Virus record (IMG/VR): IMGVR_UViG_3300010350_001258
Source: a virus
Strand: one strand, 5' to 3'
DNA length: 23,015 nt
A program made the position numbers and the translations under genes. The notes below the pieces were generated by a model that searched no databases, had not been told where the DNA came from, and saw only the letters and a program-made list of their open reading frames with translations. This document shows, in pieces, positions 9,152 to 18,200 of the stretch. Numbering within the stretch: position 1 is the first letter of the stretch; every line of letters begins with the position of its first letter.

Positions 9152-10098
9152 TCGTATGCTTTTTGAATCCTATTGGATAATTCAATTACTTTTTGATATT
9201 CTTCCGGAGTTAAACTTCCAAAAAGATAATAAATGGGATCCACTTTTTTATTATCTTTAATAACTTCGTAATGTAAATGGGGGCCTGTTGATAATCCAGT
9301 ACTTCCAACATAAGCAATAATTTCGCCTCTTGTTACTTTTTCGCCAGGCTTGGATTTAAATTTTTGAAGATGGGAATATAAAGTTTTGTAACCGTATCCG
9401 TGATCAATTATAATTAAGTTACCATACCCCTGAGATCTTTTATCCGAATCCTTAATGATTATTTGGACAACGCCATCCCCTGTAGCATATACTGGGGTTC
9501 CGAGGGGAGCTGTAAAATCCAATCCATAATGAAATTTGGGTATTCCATAAATAGGATGAGTTCTCATACCCCATCCAGACGCAATTCTTTTTAAGTTTTT
9601 ATTTTCGATTGGCTGAATAGCTGGGATGTGCAAAAGCATCTCTTGATGAGAATGTGCTAAATCTACAAGTCCATCAAGCTGGTATAATTCCTTGGCCATC
9701 TTGTCGTTTAATATACTTATTCTATTATTAGTTTCCTGAACGACAGACATATAAAAATTTGGACTTATATCATCAAATTCCAGCCCCATTTGTTTTCGCG
9801 GTTCCTGATTTATATCAAAGATAGATTGATAAATTATACTATCATGTTCTTTTATCATTCCAAGAGTCGTTTCAGCTTCTATAATTCTTTTATTTATATT
9901 ATTAAATTCCTCAACCAGATATACCAAATCTTTCCTTAATTTTTTCTCATCTGGAGTATCATAATAAGTAGAAATAATAAAAACAAAAATAGATGAAATA
10001 ACAACTTGTATTAGAAAAAAAGGAATTAGAAACTTTCCTCTAAAAAACCTAAATCTTTTATAGGAGATGGAATTTTTCTCAAATGTATAAAACTTCAT
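9148..10098 (-). CDS. Peptidase M23 family murein endopeptidase with N-terminal transmembrane helix and coiled coil
   Basis: Zn motifs HYGLD (HxxxD) and HLHYEV (HxH), plus GTPVYATGDG and YGNLIIIDHGYGYKTLYSHL. Hydrophobic N-terminal segment FLIPFFLIQVVISSIFVFII. Confidence 0.95.
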   Translation of the reverse strand: MKFYTFEKNSISYKRFRFFRGKFLIPFFLIQVVISSIFVFIISTYYDTPDEKKLRKDLVYLVEEFNNINKRIIEAETTLGMIKEHDSIIYQSIFDINQEPRKQMGLEFDDISPNFYMSVVQETNNRISILNDKMAKELYQLDGLVDLAHSHQEMLLHIPAIQPIENKNLKRIASGWGMRTHPIYGIPKFHYGLDFTAPLGTPVYATGDGVVQIIIKDSDKRSQGYGNLIIIDHGYGYKTLYSHLQKFKSKPGEKVTRGEIIAYVGSTGLSTGPHLHYEVIKDNKKVDPIYYLFGSLTPEEYQKVIELSNRIQKAYD

Positions 10099-10110
10099 CC
10101 ATTGGAATTT

Positions 10111-10140
10111 TTATTATATATTTTTAGTAGATAAATATAA
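10111..10140. promoter_or_regulatory. Divergent late-promoter-like motifs (GATAAATATAA on + at 10130-10140; AATATATAA on - at 10114-10122)
   Basis: 54-nt intergenic gap between divergent genes. Each motif lies 12-15 nt upstream of its ATG. Confidence 0.55.
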
Positions 10141-10152
10141 TAAAATTGTTCC

Positions 10153-10887
10153 ATGAAACTTGTTTGCGAATCATTAGAAGAATTATACGGAATTGATATA
10201 GAAGCTCCTGAATATTCCGCTGGAGAAAAAGCTGCTATAACAAAAGGACAGGATGTTTTAACTAAACAACAATTAGCTGCAATGTATTTAGCTGCTAAAG
10301 ATGCTATGGGAAGATCCGAGGATACCCGTGGCAGGGGGGATACTGCTCTGACACGTAATGCTATAAAAATTAATAAGGAAGAAAGCACAGATTTTAAAAA
10401 ATTATCTATTCCAAGATTAGGAGATGTATTGGATCTTAAACCCCGAACAGTGAGTTATACAATATCAAAATTTAGACTTTTAATGCAAGGAAATCGTGAA
10501 GGAATTCATGGGAATGATTTATATGAAAAAATAATAAACGCATTTGATGAATTTGATAAAATGGAAAAAGAAGGCAGATCAGGGGAAGTACATGCATTAG
10601 CCGCAGAAGCTGTAAATATGAATGCAGGAACAGAAAGATCTACAAAATATGAGGAAGAATTAGCAGGCCAATACAAAAAAACAAAAGAAAGAATAGAAAG
10701 AAGAAACAGGAAAATAATGCAAGATACCTATGATTTATATAATCAGCTTAGAGGGCCTTTTGGAGAAAGAGCACCAAAAAAGATTATTGATAAACTTTCA
10801 TTAGAATATGGTTTGTCTCCAGAAGATATTCGCACAATAATTAAGACAAATCTTAAAAACGATCCCAATCTAGCAAGAAAATTTTAA
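10153..10887 (+). CDS. Hypothetical protein (helical), N-terminal leader MKLVCE-SLEE
   Basis: 244-aa ORF behind a late-promoter motif. No recognisable catalytic motif. Confidence 0.8.
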   Translation: MKLVCESLEELYGIDIEAPEYSAGEKAAITKGQDVLTKQQLAAMYLAAKDAMGRSEDTRGRGDTALTRNAIKINKEESTDFKKLSIPRLGDVLDLKPRTVSYTISKFRLLMQGNREGIHGNDLYEKIINAFDEFDKMEKEGRSGEVHALAAEAVNMNAGTERSTKYEEELAGQYKKTKERIERRNRKIMQDTYDLYNQLRGPFGERAPKKIIDKLSLEYGLSPEDIRTIIKTNLKNDPNLARKF

Positions 10888-10894
10888 AAAAAAT

Positions 10895-10914
10895 ATGAGA
10901 GCACAATTTGTTAA
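10895..10914 (+). repeat. Direct repeat, left copy (ATGAGAGCACAATTTGTTAA); right copy at 11531-11550
   Basis: 19 of 20 nt identical to 11531-11550. The two copies bracket the GIY-YIG gene. Confidence 0.85.
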
Positions 10915-10920
10915 AATGGA

Positions 10921-10930
10921 AATAAATATT
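10921..10930 (+). promoter_or_regulatory. Putative late promoter of the homing endonuclease (AATAAATATT)
   Basis: ATAAATA core at 10922-10928, 13 nt upstream of ATG 10942. Confidence 0.45.
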
Positions 10931-10941
10931 AAAACAACGAA

Positions 10942-11550
10942 ATGGTTTCGGGGATAATATATTGTGCTACTTTACCATCTAATAAAAAATATTATGGGTT
11001 TTCTTTAAATTTGGAAAACCGAAAAAGAACCCATAAATGCCATGTAAATGCAGGAACCAAGAATAAGTTTTATAATGCTATTAGAAAATATGGATGGAAT
11101 AATATTATATGGGAGATAATTGAAAAACATGATGCAGAATGTAAAAAGGATTTAAAAGAAATCCTATGCAATCGAGAAATGTATTGGATTGCAAAATCAA
11201 ATACTTTTTTGGATGGATATAATATGACCGAAGGAGGGGATGGGGCGTTAGGATTATTATGGAAGGAAAATTCCAAAGAAAAATTAAGTGAAACTCAAAG
11301 GGGAAGAAAATTATCGGACAGTCATAAGAAAAATATTGGATTGGGATTGATCGGGAAATCCAATGGTATGAAAGATAAACATCATGATGAAAAAACAAAA
11401 CATAACATAAGTAAAAAATTAGAAGGAATAAAAAGATCAAAAGAAACTAAAGATAAAATGGGAAAATCTAAAATAGGAAAAAATAATCCTATGTATGGGA
11501 AAATCCCGTGGAATAAAAAAATCGATAAAAATGAGAGCAAAATTTGTTAA
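10942..11550 (+). mobile_element. Free-standing GIY-YIG homing endonuclease with NUMOD3 repeats (Seg-like)
   Basis: GIIY...KYYG motif, conserved Arg (NRKRTH), Glu (NREMYWI) and GYNMTEGG. C-terminal NUMOD3-type repeats (SDSHKKNIG, HDEKTKHNIS, RSKETKDKMG, NPMYGK, IPWNK). Confidence 0.92.
11531..11550 (+). repeat. Direct repeat, right copy (ATGAGAGCAAAATTTGTTAA)
   Basis: Holds both the start of the downstream gene and the endonuclease stop codon (TAA 11548-11550). Confidence 0.85.
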
Positions 11551-12325
11551 TGAGGGATACGGGCAGAAAGATTATGTGAGAATGGAGGATATAAAAACCA
11601 AGGCTAATGGTGATCATGATAAGGAAATTTCCTTAGCTACAACACAAGCTAAAATTATTCAAGATGCTGGTAAAGCACAGGCACGAGCTGAAGCAGCAGA
11701 AAAAGTATTTGGCGCTGGGAGCGATATTTCTCAGATATTCCATGATCGAGCTGTCGAATTAGGGGGATCTCATGTTGTTGGAAAAGCTTCTAAACAAGTT
11801 CTTGCTCCCGTTACAGGTCCGGTAGAAAAGGGACAAAAAATCGAAAGAAAATTTAAAACCCAATATCTTCTTCCATCTGAAAGATTAGGGGCGGCAGCTC
11901 CCGAAATAGGGCAAGCTAAAACAGGCGGTGGTGGTTTTACAAGAGATCGTGGAGATGTTTTTAAATCTATGGGTATTGGAAGATTTTCTACTCCTCCAGA
12001 AGTTGGGGGAAAAAGACTTTCAGATGCTTCTATTCTGCCGCTGGGGAGAGTTAACTTTGGAACCGGGGAATCCCCATATTTTAACGTTTATGACACTTAT
12101 GACGGAACTGCAGAAATATGGAAAGATCATAGTGGAAATTTCAAAGTTGTATTTACCTCGGGGGATAAACCCCTCGCAAAATTAAAAGACTATAGGGATT
12201 TTAGACACGATCAAACCTGGCAAAAAATGGGCCAATGGATTATGGTAGACTATGTTCCTGTAAAAGAAATGAAAGAACTTATCCGTGTTTATGGCGGAAG
12301 TTTACCAGGATATACATATAAGTAA
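11531..12325 (+). CDS. Hypothetical protein, N-terminal leader MRAKFVNE (start moved from 11495 to 11531; 264 aa)
   Basis: The MRAKFV start matches the neighbouring MRAQFI (12331) and MRAQFV (10895) starts. The 11495 start would lie deeper inside the endonuclease gene. Confidence 0.8.
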   Translation: MRAKFVNEGYGQKDYVRMEDIKTKANGDHDKEISLATTQAKIIQDAGKAQARAEAAEKVFGAGSDISQIFHDRAVELGGSHVVGKASKQVLAPVTGPVEKGQKIERKFKTQYLLPSERLGAAAPEIGQAKTGGGGFTRDRGDVFKSMGIGRFSTPPEVGGKRLSDASILPLGRVNFGTGESPYFNVYDTYDGTAEIWKDHSGNFKVVFTSGDKPLAKLKDYRDFRHDQTWQKMGQWIMVDYVPVKEMKELIRVYGGSLPGYTYK

Positions 12326-12330
12326 GATTC

Positions 12331-12693
12331 ATGAGGGCACAATTTATAAGAGGAGCAGAATCCAAAAAAGAAATCCTTGATAAAATTCTGAATAGAATTA
12401 TTACTCTTGAAATGATGTGTGCTAATGTCGAATTAAATTCAAAAGGTAATTTAGATCAAACAGATAAGGATACTAGATATTTTGTTAATTATCTAAAGAA
12501 AGTAAACGTAGATTTTAAAGTTACCGGGAAAGACAAAAATGGAATGGTATATGTAACTATTTCCGGGCCAAAGGAAAATATAGTTAAAGCTTTAGTTCAA
12601 TGGGATGCTCACGGAAGAAACCAAAAACAATTAGCAAAAGCTCTAGAAGATTGGAATGGTGATGAAGAAGATTTATGGGATATAATAGGATAA
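12331..12693 (+). CDS. Hypothetical protein, N-terminus MRAQFIRG
   Basis: 120-aa ORF packed 5 nt after the previous stop. The N-terminus combines the MRAxF leader with an FxRG element. Confidence 0.8.
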   Translation: MRAQFIRGAESKKEILDKILNRIITLEMMCANVELNSKGNLDQTDKDTRYFVNYLKKVNVDFKVTGKDKNGMVYVTISGPKENIVKALVQWDAHGRNQKQLAKALEDWNGDEEDLWDIIG

Positions 12694-12694
12694 T

Positions 12695-13003
12695 ATGGGA
12701 ATTGTTAAAGAATATATTGATTTTGAAAGAGGACAGGATCCTAAGAGGTCTATGAGAATCGGAAAAGCTTCAAGATCTTTTGAAGATAGTCTAGAAGCTG
12801 GGGAATATGTTAGAGATAACTTATTTGAAATTACAGGATTTGAAGAAATTATTACAGATCCCGAAAATGAAGATCAAATCGTTCCTGAATTAGCAGATAA
12901 ACTATATAAATGGTATAAGGAAAATGAATATCGTATCAAAGATAAAAATGAAGAAGATTTTTGGGAAGCATTTATTGATTGGGAAAATTTAAGATATAGA
13001 TGA
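12695..13003 (+). CDS. FERG-tag protein (single module)
   Basis: Starts MGIVKEYIDFERGQDPKRSMRIG; 102 aa with an acidic cargo domain. Confidence 0.85.
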   Translation: MGIVKEYIDFERGQDPKRSMRIGKASRSFEDSLEAGEYVRDNLFEITGFEEIITDPENEDQIVPELADKLYKWYKENEYRIKDKNEEDFWEAFIDWENLRYR

Positions 13004-14034
13004 GGGTAGTTAGAGAAAATATAAATTTTCATATAGGAAAGGATCCTTTGAAGAACTTGAATATCGGTCTTACCGGTAAATGGATGGGTCTTCAAAAAGG
13101 GGATTTTCTAAAAGTAAAAAGGGATTTTACTGTTGACCACGGAAACCATTTTAATGATAATTCTAAATATCGAGAATTTACAAATTCCGATCAATCCGAG
13201 ATTTATTTACAAATAGAAACCCCGCCCCAGGCTTATCCCGATGGGTGTATTGGAATAACAGCTTATGCTGCTCATCTCCCATCAAATTCATTTAAGTGGA
13301 GATCCAGTAACGATTATTTTATATGGGGAACTCCAAAAGAATTTGAAGAAAGATTGAGCATTCTTAATGATATAGATGAAGCACAGCATTTTCAGAGAGG
13401 AAGGAATCCAAAGGATTCCATGAGAATCGGAAGATATGGGGAGAGAAATATCCGAAAAGCTTTAGATAAATTAGCCGAATTAAGGGGCGGGAAATACCAG
13501 ATTCATTTTAATAAAAATCAAAAGTATATTGAGGGAAAATATACTATCAGTAATCAATATAAAAATTTTAGAACAGATTATTTTTTCATACGTTTTTATC
13601 AAGATCCCCAGGAATATTTTACTTATGGTTATTTAATTAATGGAGTAGTTGCAAAAGAAAGAATTATTCAAACAGAAGATGAAGGGGTTCAAGAAATACT
13701 AAAGCATTTGCATCCTTTACCCAAAATGGAATCTATTAACTTCGAAAGAGGGATGGATCCAAAGAGAGCTATGAAAATAGGAAAAATTATTCGTCCATTA
13801 AAAAAGGGGGATAAGATAAAGGTATGGGTCCCCACTGAAGAAAGAACTCTAGAAGTTAGAGTTACAGAGGATGAAAAAATAAAATCAGATGGAACTCCTC
13901 ATATAGAAAAATTCTTTTCTAATTCAAAACCCACTAGGGAAGTTAGAAGGGTTTGGGTTAGATATTTAGGGGATATAAGAACTGCTAATATGGATATTAA
14001 TTCAGATAACCCAATATGGGTTTTACATGTTTAA
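13000..14034 (+). CDS. FERG-tag protein (three modules)
   Basis: Tags at aa 1 (VRENINFHIGKDPLKNLNIG), aa 125 (IDEAQHFQRGRNPKDSMRIG) and aa 243 (MESINFERGMDPKRAMKIG). ATGA overlap with the previous gene. Confidence 0.85.
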   Translation: MRVVRENINFHIGKDPLKNLNIGLTGKWMGLQKGDFLKVKRDFTVDHGNHFNDNSKYREFTNSDQSEIYLQIETPPQAYPDGCIGITAYAAHLPSNSFKWRSSNDYFIWGTPKEFEERLSILNDIDEAQHFQRGRNPKDSMRIGRYGERNIRKALDKLAELRGGKYQIHFNKNQKYIEGKYTISNQYKNFRTDYFFIRFYQDPQEYFTYGYLINGVVAKERIIQTEDEGVQEILKHLHPLPKMESINFERGMDPKRAMKIGKIIRPLKKGDKIKVWVPTEERTLEVRVTEDEKIKSDGTPHIEKFFSNSKPTREVRRVWVRYLGDIRTANMDINSDNPIWVLHV

Positions 14035-14370
14035 TTACCAAATAGAAAGAGGCAATCTTTTCCATCTTTTAGATTGGGGAACCCACACATAAAGATAATT
14101 TTCATCAACACATATATGAGTTTGAGGATTAACCATTAAAGAATCCGGGGGTAGTTCCGGCATTTCATCCTGGTTCGAAAAAGCAACGGCAGTTACATTT
14201 TTCTTTAGTATATCTTCATCAATCCGAATCTGAAAAACATTTCCTAATTTTTCAATAGATATAATTCCAGGCTTTCTCCAGGCTTTAGAATCTATTAATA
14301 AAAAAGTATTTAAGGGATCAACTGATTGAGGGGAAATTTCTTTATTTTCCTTATGAAATCTATCTTCCAT
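14035..14370 (-). CDS. Small hypothetical protein ending in a tail-fibre-type C-terminal motif (ATG start at 14370; 111 aa)
   Basis: Ends ICVDENYLYVWVPQSKRWKRLPLSIW, resembling the D-x-x-Y-h-Y-V...W-K-R-x-x-L-x-x-W terminus I recall from phage fibre/virion proteins. The ORF track start at 14376 is TTG. Confidence 0.6.
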   Translation of the reverse strand: MEDRFHKENKEISPQSVDPLNTFLLIDSKAWRKPGIISIEKLGNVFQIRIDEDILKKNVTAVAFSNQDEMPELPPDSLMVNPQTHICVDENYLYVWVPQSKRWKRLPLSIW

Positions 14371-14692
14371 CTCCAAGGTATTTAACTTCTAAATCAAATT
14401 CGTTTTGTAATATAGTTTGGATTAAGTCTATTTGGTCAACAGTACAATTCATCTTTCGGCAATATTCGGTAAAAGCTTTTGATGGATCCTCCTTATCAAA
14501 ATAAATTTTCATAAGAATTCCTTTTAATGCAAAGGCAGCATTTTCTTCAGATCTCCCAAATAAATGCCACATAGAAGATTCAAATCTGTTATGAAGATCC
14601 TTGATCATTTGGAGCATTTTAGATCCTAACCCCATTGCTTGCTTTGGATCTAATCCTCTTTCAAAATTTATACTTTCTCTAACTATAGACAT
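14360..14692 (-). CDS. FERG-tag protein (single module)
   Basis: Starts MSIVRESINFERGLDPKQAMGLG; 110 aa with a helical cargo. Confidence 0.85.
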   Translation of the reverse strand: MSIVRESINFERGLDPKQAMGLGSKMLQMIKDLHNRFESSMWHLFGRSEENAAFALKGILMKIYFDKEDPSKAFTEYCRKMNCTVDQIDLIQTILQNEFDLEVKYLGDGR

Positions 14693-15203
14693 GAGTTCCT
14701 AATATTGTTGAATCTAATCCTACTGCATCAGTAAGAACTTCTATATCATATAAACATTCCATTCTCGCTCCTCCGCATAATATAGCTCTTTTGCCTTCCA
14801 ATTTTAGTTTTTCAAAAAGACCAAATAGTTTTTCTTCAAATATAAACCATGGATGATTTCCATCCACAAATAAAAACCATTGACGTTTTGGTTCTTTTCC
14901 AGCTACAAATAAATCTCCTCTCTGAAAATCTTCTTCTTCAAATGCCTTTTTTAAACGATCTCTTTCCTTATCTGAAAAATCATAATGATCCACATCGTCC
15001 TCGTCTAAAACCCCACCGTATTCCTTTCGGATTGCATCCTTCTGATTAGGAAATTTAAAATCCGGAGTATTGACATCTACTGCATCCCATATTTGATAAA
15101 CCTCATCGAATGTTTCGCACAATTCAAATATTCCATCTACATATTCATCTGTAACGGATTTAAAATGAACTTGAACATCAACGACTATTAAAACTTCTTT
15201 CAT
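14679..15203 (-). CDS. Isochorismatase-like cysteine hydrolase (start moved to 15203; 174 aa)
   Basis: LIVVDVQ (Asp), IRKEYG (possible Lys) and CGGARMECLYD (Cys) fit the Asp-Lys-Cys triad layout. The ATG at 15203 forms an ATGA overlap with the upstream stop. Confidence 0.65.
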   Translation of the reverse strand: MKEVLIVVDVQVHFKSVTDEYVDGIFELCETFDEVYQIWDAVDVNTPDFKFPNQKDAIRKEYGGVLDEDDVDHYDFSDKERDRLKKAFEEEDFQRGDLFVAGKEPKRQWFLFVDGNHPWFIFEEKLFGLFEKLKLEGKRAILCGGARMECLYDIEVLTDAVGLDSTILGTHVYS

Positions 15204-18200
15204 ACAACCGTTACCAAACCTTCCCAAACCTGGGTTTTTAAGTTTCCGTATTTATCATACGATTCTACTTGAATATCATAGGTTCCTATTTGATCAAATA
15301 TAAATGGAACGCTTTCATTAAATACCCTAAAAAGAATATTAGATTCATTATGTTCTTTTACAGTCCAAATATTTTTTTGATCAAGCATATAATTGCTAGG
15401 ATCATAAACAGCTTTAAATATGACTAAAGTGCTTGAATCTACTTCTATTGGTTTACAATGATAATAGAATTCTGAATTGATTAGGTTATCAGAAGCATTA
15501 TACCATTGCTGATTTACATAATCCTGATCAAAAAGAATATTAATTACTACAAATGTGTTGTCTAGAAAATATTCCTGACAATATGAATCCTTTAAATATA
15601 ATTTAAAAGTATTAAATTGTTCTACAGCATAATCTGTAGGAATTGTCATATCAGAATATGAGGAAAATGCATGTTTTACTTTGATTGAATATTTCCCAGG
15701 ATTATTTATAAAGAACTGAGGAATAGTTTGATCAAAAGTATGAGTAGATCCATCGACATTTGTAACTCTATATGATGAACCCCAAGAATATCCGGTGCTA
15801 CCATCAAAAACAATTACTCCAGTTAGCTGGCCAACTTCAAATTGGTATCCGCTTACATCAAGCACAAGATTATCTCCTATATTAGCAGCATTTACAGTCG
15901 TTCTGTATGTGTCATTTAAAACATATACTTCTGCAGAACCACTAATGGAAATATCAATAGGCCAAGGAGAAATGGTTAAATCATTTCCCGAAATAGAATC
16001 TATATGAGCGCTAACCTCTCTTATTAAAGAATATTTTCCTTTATCAAATTGAACTATTCTTATATCGTCTTCGTCATAAAATTTTTGATAATCTGGATCT
16101 ACTGTAATTATTGGATTATTCATAGAGACGACTCTCTCTGTTAAATTAAAGAATCTATTGAGAGAATCTGGTTCCATGACATCCTGGAAATATGTGATAG
16201 AAGGAATTTCAATATAAGGGGATCCCGAGGCATCAAATTGCAATGAAATCCCCTGAAGAGGAATATACCTATCGAATAAAGGATAAGGATTTTCTGATAT
16301 AAGTGTGCTAACTTCTAAAACAGACATGCTACTAACATCTGGAGCAGAATATAAGGAATTATCCGTAATAACATAAATTCTTGGGAACTTAGTCCATACA
16401 GGATAAAGAGTTTCCATTTTATTAGAATATATGTTATTAAATCCATCCCATGCAAATACTTCAATATAAAAATCCCCAGTATGATTGACAGTCATAATAT
16501 AAATACTGTTATCTATTACTCTTGCAGGATAAGGATCCGAGCCATAGATGGAATAGTAAATTGATGGATCATAAACCGCTAAGGGCATTCTTGAAGAATT
16601 ATAAACAACATTTACAGTGATCATTTGTTCATCTAAACTAGTATCATAATTCCAATTTAGATTATATTCAACAGAAATAATATTTCCAGAGCTTGGGTCG
16701 GAAACCCAAGGTTTTGATCCCTGTATACTAGAATCCATTACTATTTTTCCATCAAGAATATCTAAGAAATATTTCTTTGGAATAGAAGTAATAATTCCGG
16801 AGGCATCTGTAAATTTATAATTTTGAAAGCTTAAAAGAGGAACTCTATAATTTGAATCAAATTCATAAAGAAGAACCGAGCCTGTATCCGGAATTAAATT
16901 AACATAGGAATTAAACTTAAATAAATCTAAGCCCGAGGAGCTTTCCATCCAATAATATCCTAATCCAGATGGATCTGGATAAATTTCATAAGCTTTAGAA
17001 GAAGCCCAATCATCATTCGAAGGATCTCTTAAAATAGCATTTTCAAGAAGTATATTTAAATTCGATGAAACGTCATAAAATTGAGAAGAGGAATCCAAAA
17101 TATTATAAAAACGAAGATCATTTTCATAAACGAATAATGGTTTTGTTACTAATTTGTCTATAATAGTTCCTGCATCAGTTTTTTCTACAGAAGCTCTCCA
17201 TTGAATATCAAATAAATCAATAAAAGGAAATTGGAATGTCGATCCTACGAGAACTGTAGATGGGTCATACCAATATAAAGACGCATCCACCAAAGAAAAT
17301 TGCCCATTTGAAGGATCCCAACAATATTTCAATAAATCTTTGAATCTTACTTGTAGTGCCTCGATTGGCATTTTTTTCAATTCCTCCAAAGTTAATCTAA
17401 TACTTGCATCTCCTCGGATTAATTCTGAACTTTCATCTAGGGTGTCTGGAGAAATAGATTGCTCAAAAATAGCTTCAGACCCTATTGTATTAGTTCCATA
17501 AACAAGATTTCTAAATCTTTCAAAATAAACCCCCTCGCCTGTAATATCTGTAATCCTGGCATTTACTCCAATAATCCATCTTTCAAGCCACTGTTTAAGA
17601 GCATATAATTTGATAAAAATTTCATTAATATTATAATTATAGCATTCCTCAACAATAGGATTACCCCATTGATCAATTTGCCCAGTTTCCCTAGTTAAAC
17701 AGTAAACAAGTGACAATTGATTTAATTTCTTTAAATTTCTTCTTTCATCTGGGGAAAAATAAAGAAGGGTTTTTGTTCTATCAGCAGCATCATAAGGAAC
17801 TGTAAGAGAAAGTTTTTGTCCATCTTTAACATTTTTAAACCACTCTTTAACCTGAATATCTTCATATCCAAGCCATTTTATTGCATTGATAAGACCTTTA
17901 TAAGTTCCAATATAAGGCATGATTTTATCATGTTCCAGGATAATGTGTTTTGCTTTATAATTCAAAAGCTTCCAGTCAGGAAGATCCTCATTTATATCTG
18001 CTTCTTTAAAAAGAGTATGATTAGCTTTAGGACTTGGTAATCCAAAATTAGTTATAAGGGTATCAAATCTTTCATCGGGTCCAACCGATTCAGCATTAAC
18101 CAATATTTCATAAATAAGGTATTCTGTATTTCCTACTTTATGGAATACTCTAAGTCTTCTTTCAAAAACCCCTTCTGTTTCTGCACGGAATCCAACATTA

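Noticed and set aside
10095-10388. 97-aa ORF (-)
   Set aside because: Antisense to the 244-aa gene and runs across the promoter region.
10895-11550. Group I intron or intein carrying the endonuclease
   Set aside because: The ORF fills almost the whole insert, leaving no room for a ribozyme core. It is not in frame with a host protein, and the downstream gene has its own ATG.
11070-13095. ORFs 11070-11276, 11105-11440, 12874-13095 (-) and 11928-12185 (+)
   Set aside because: Shadow or alternate-frame ORFs fully overlapping better-supported genes.
3151-14034. Diversity-generating retroelement or shufflon
   Set aside because: No reverse transcriptase or recombinase in the window, no near-identical TR/VR pair with adenine-specific differences, and no inverted crossover sites.
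14360-14681. Stop-codon reassignment (TAG)
   Set aside because: Long ORFs are intact in the standard code, and TAG ends two genes exactly where they overlap the next start.
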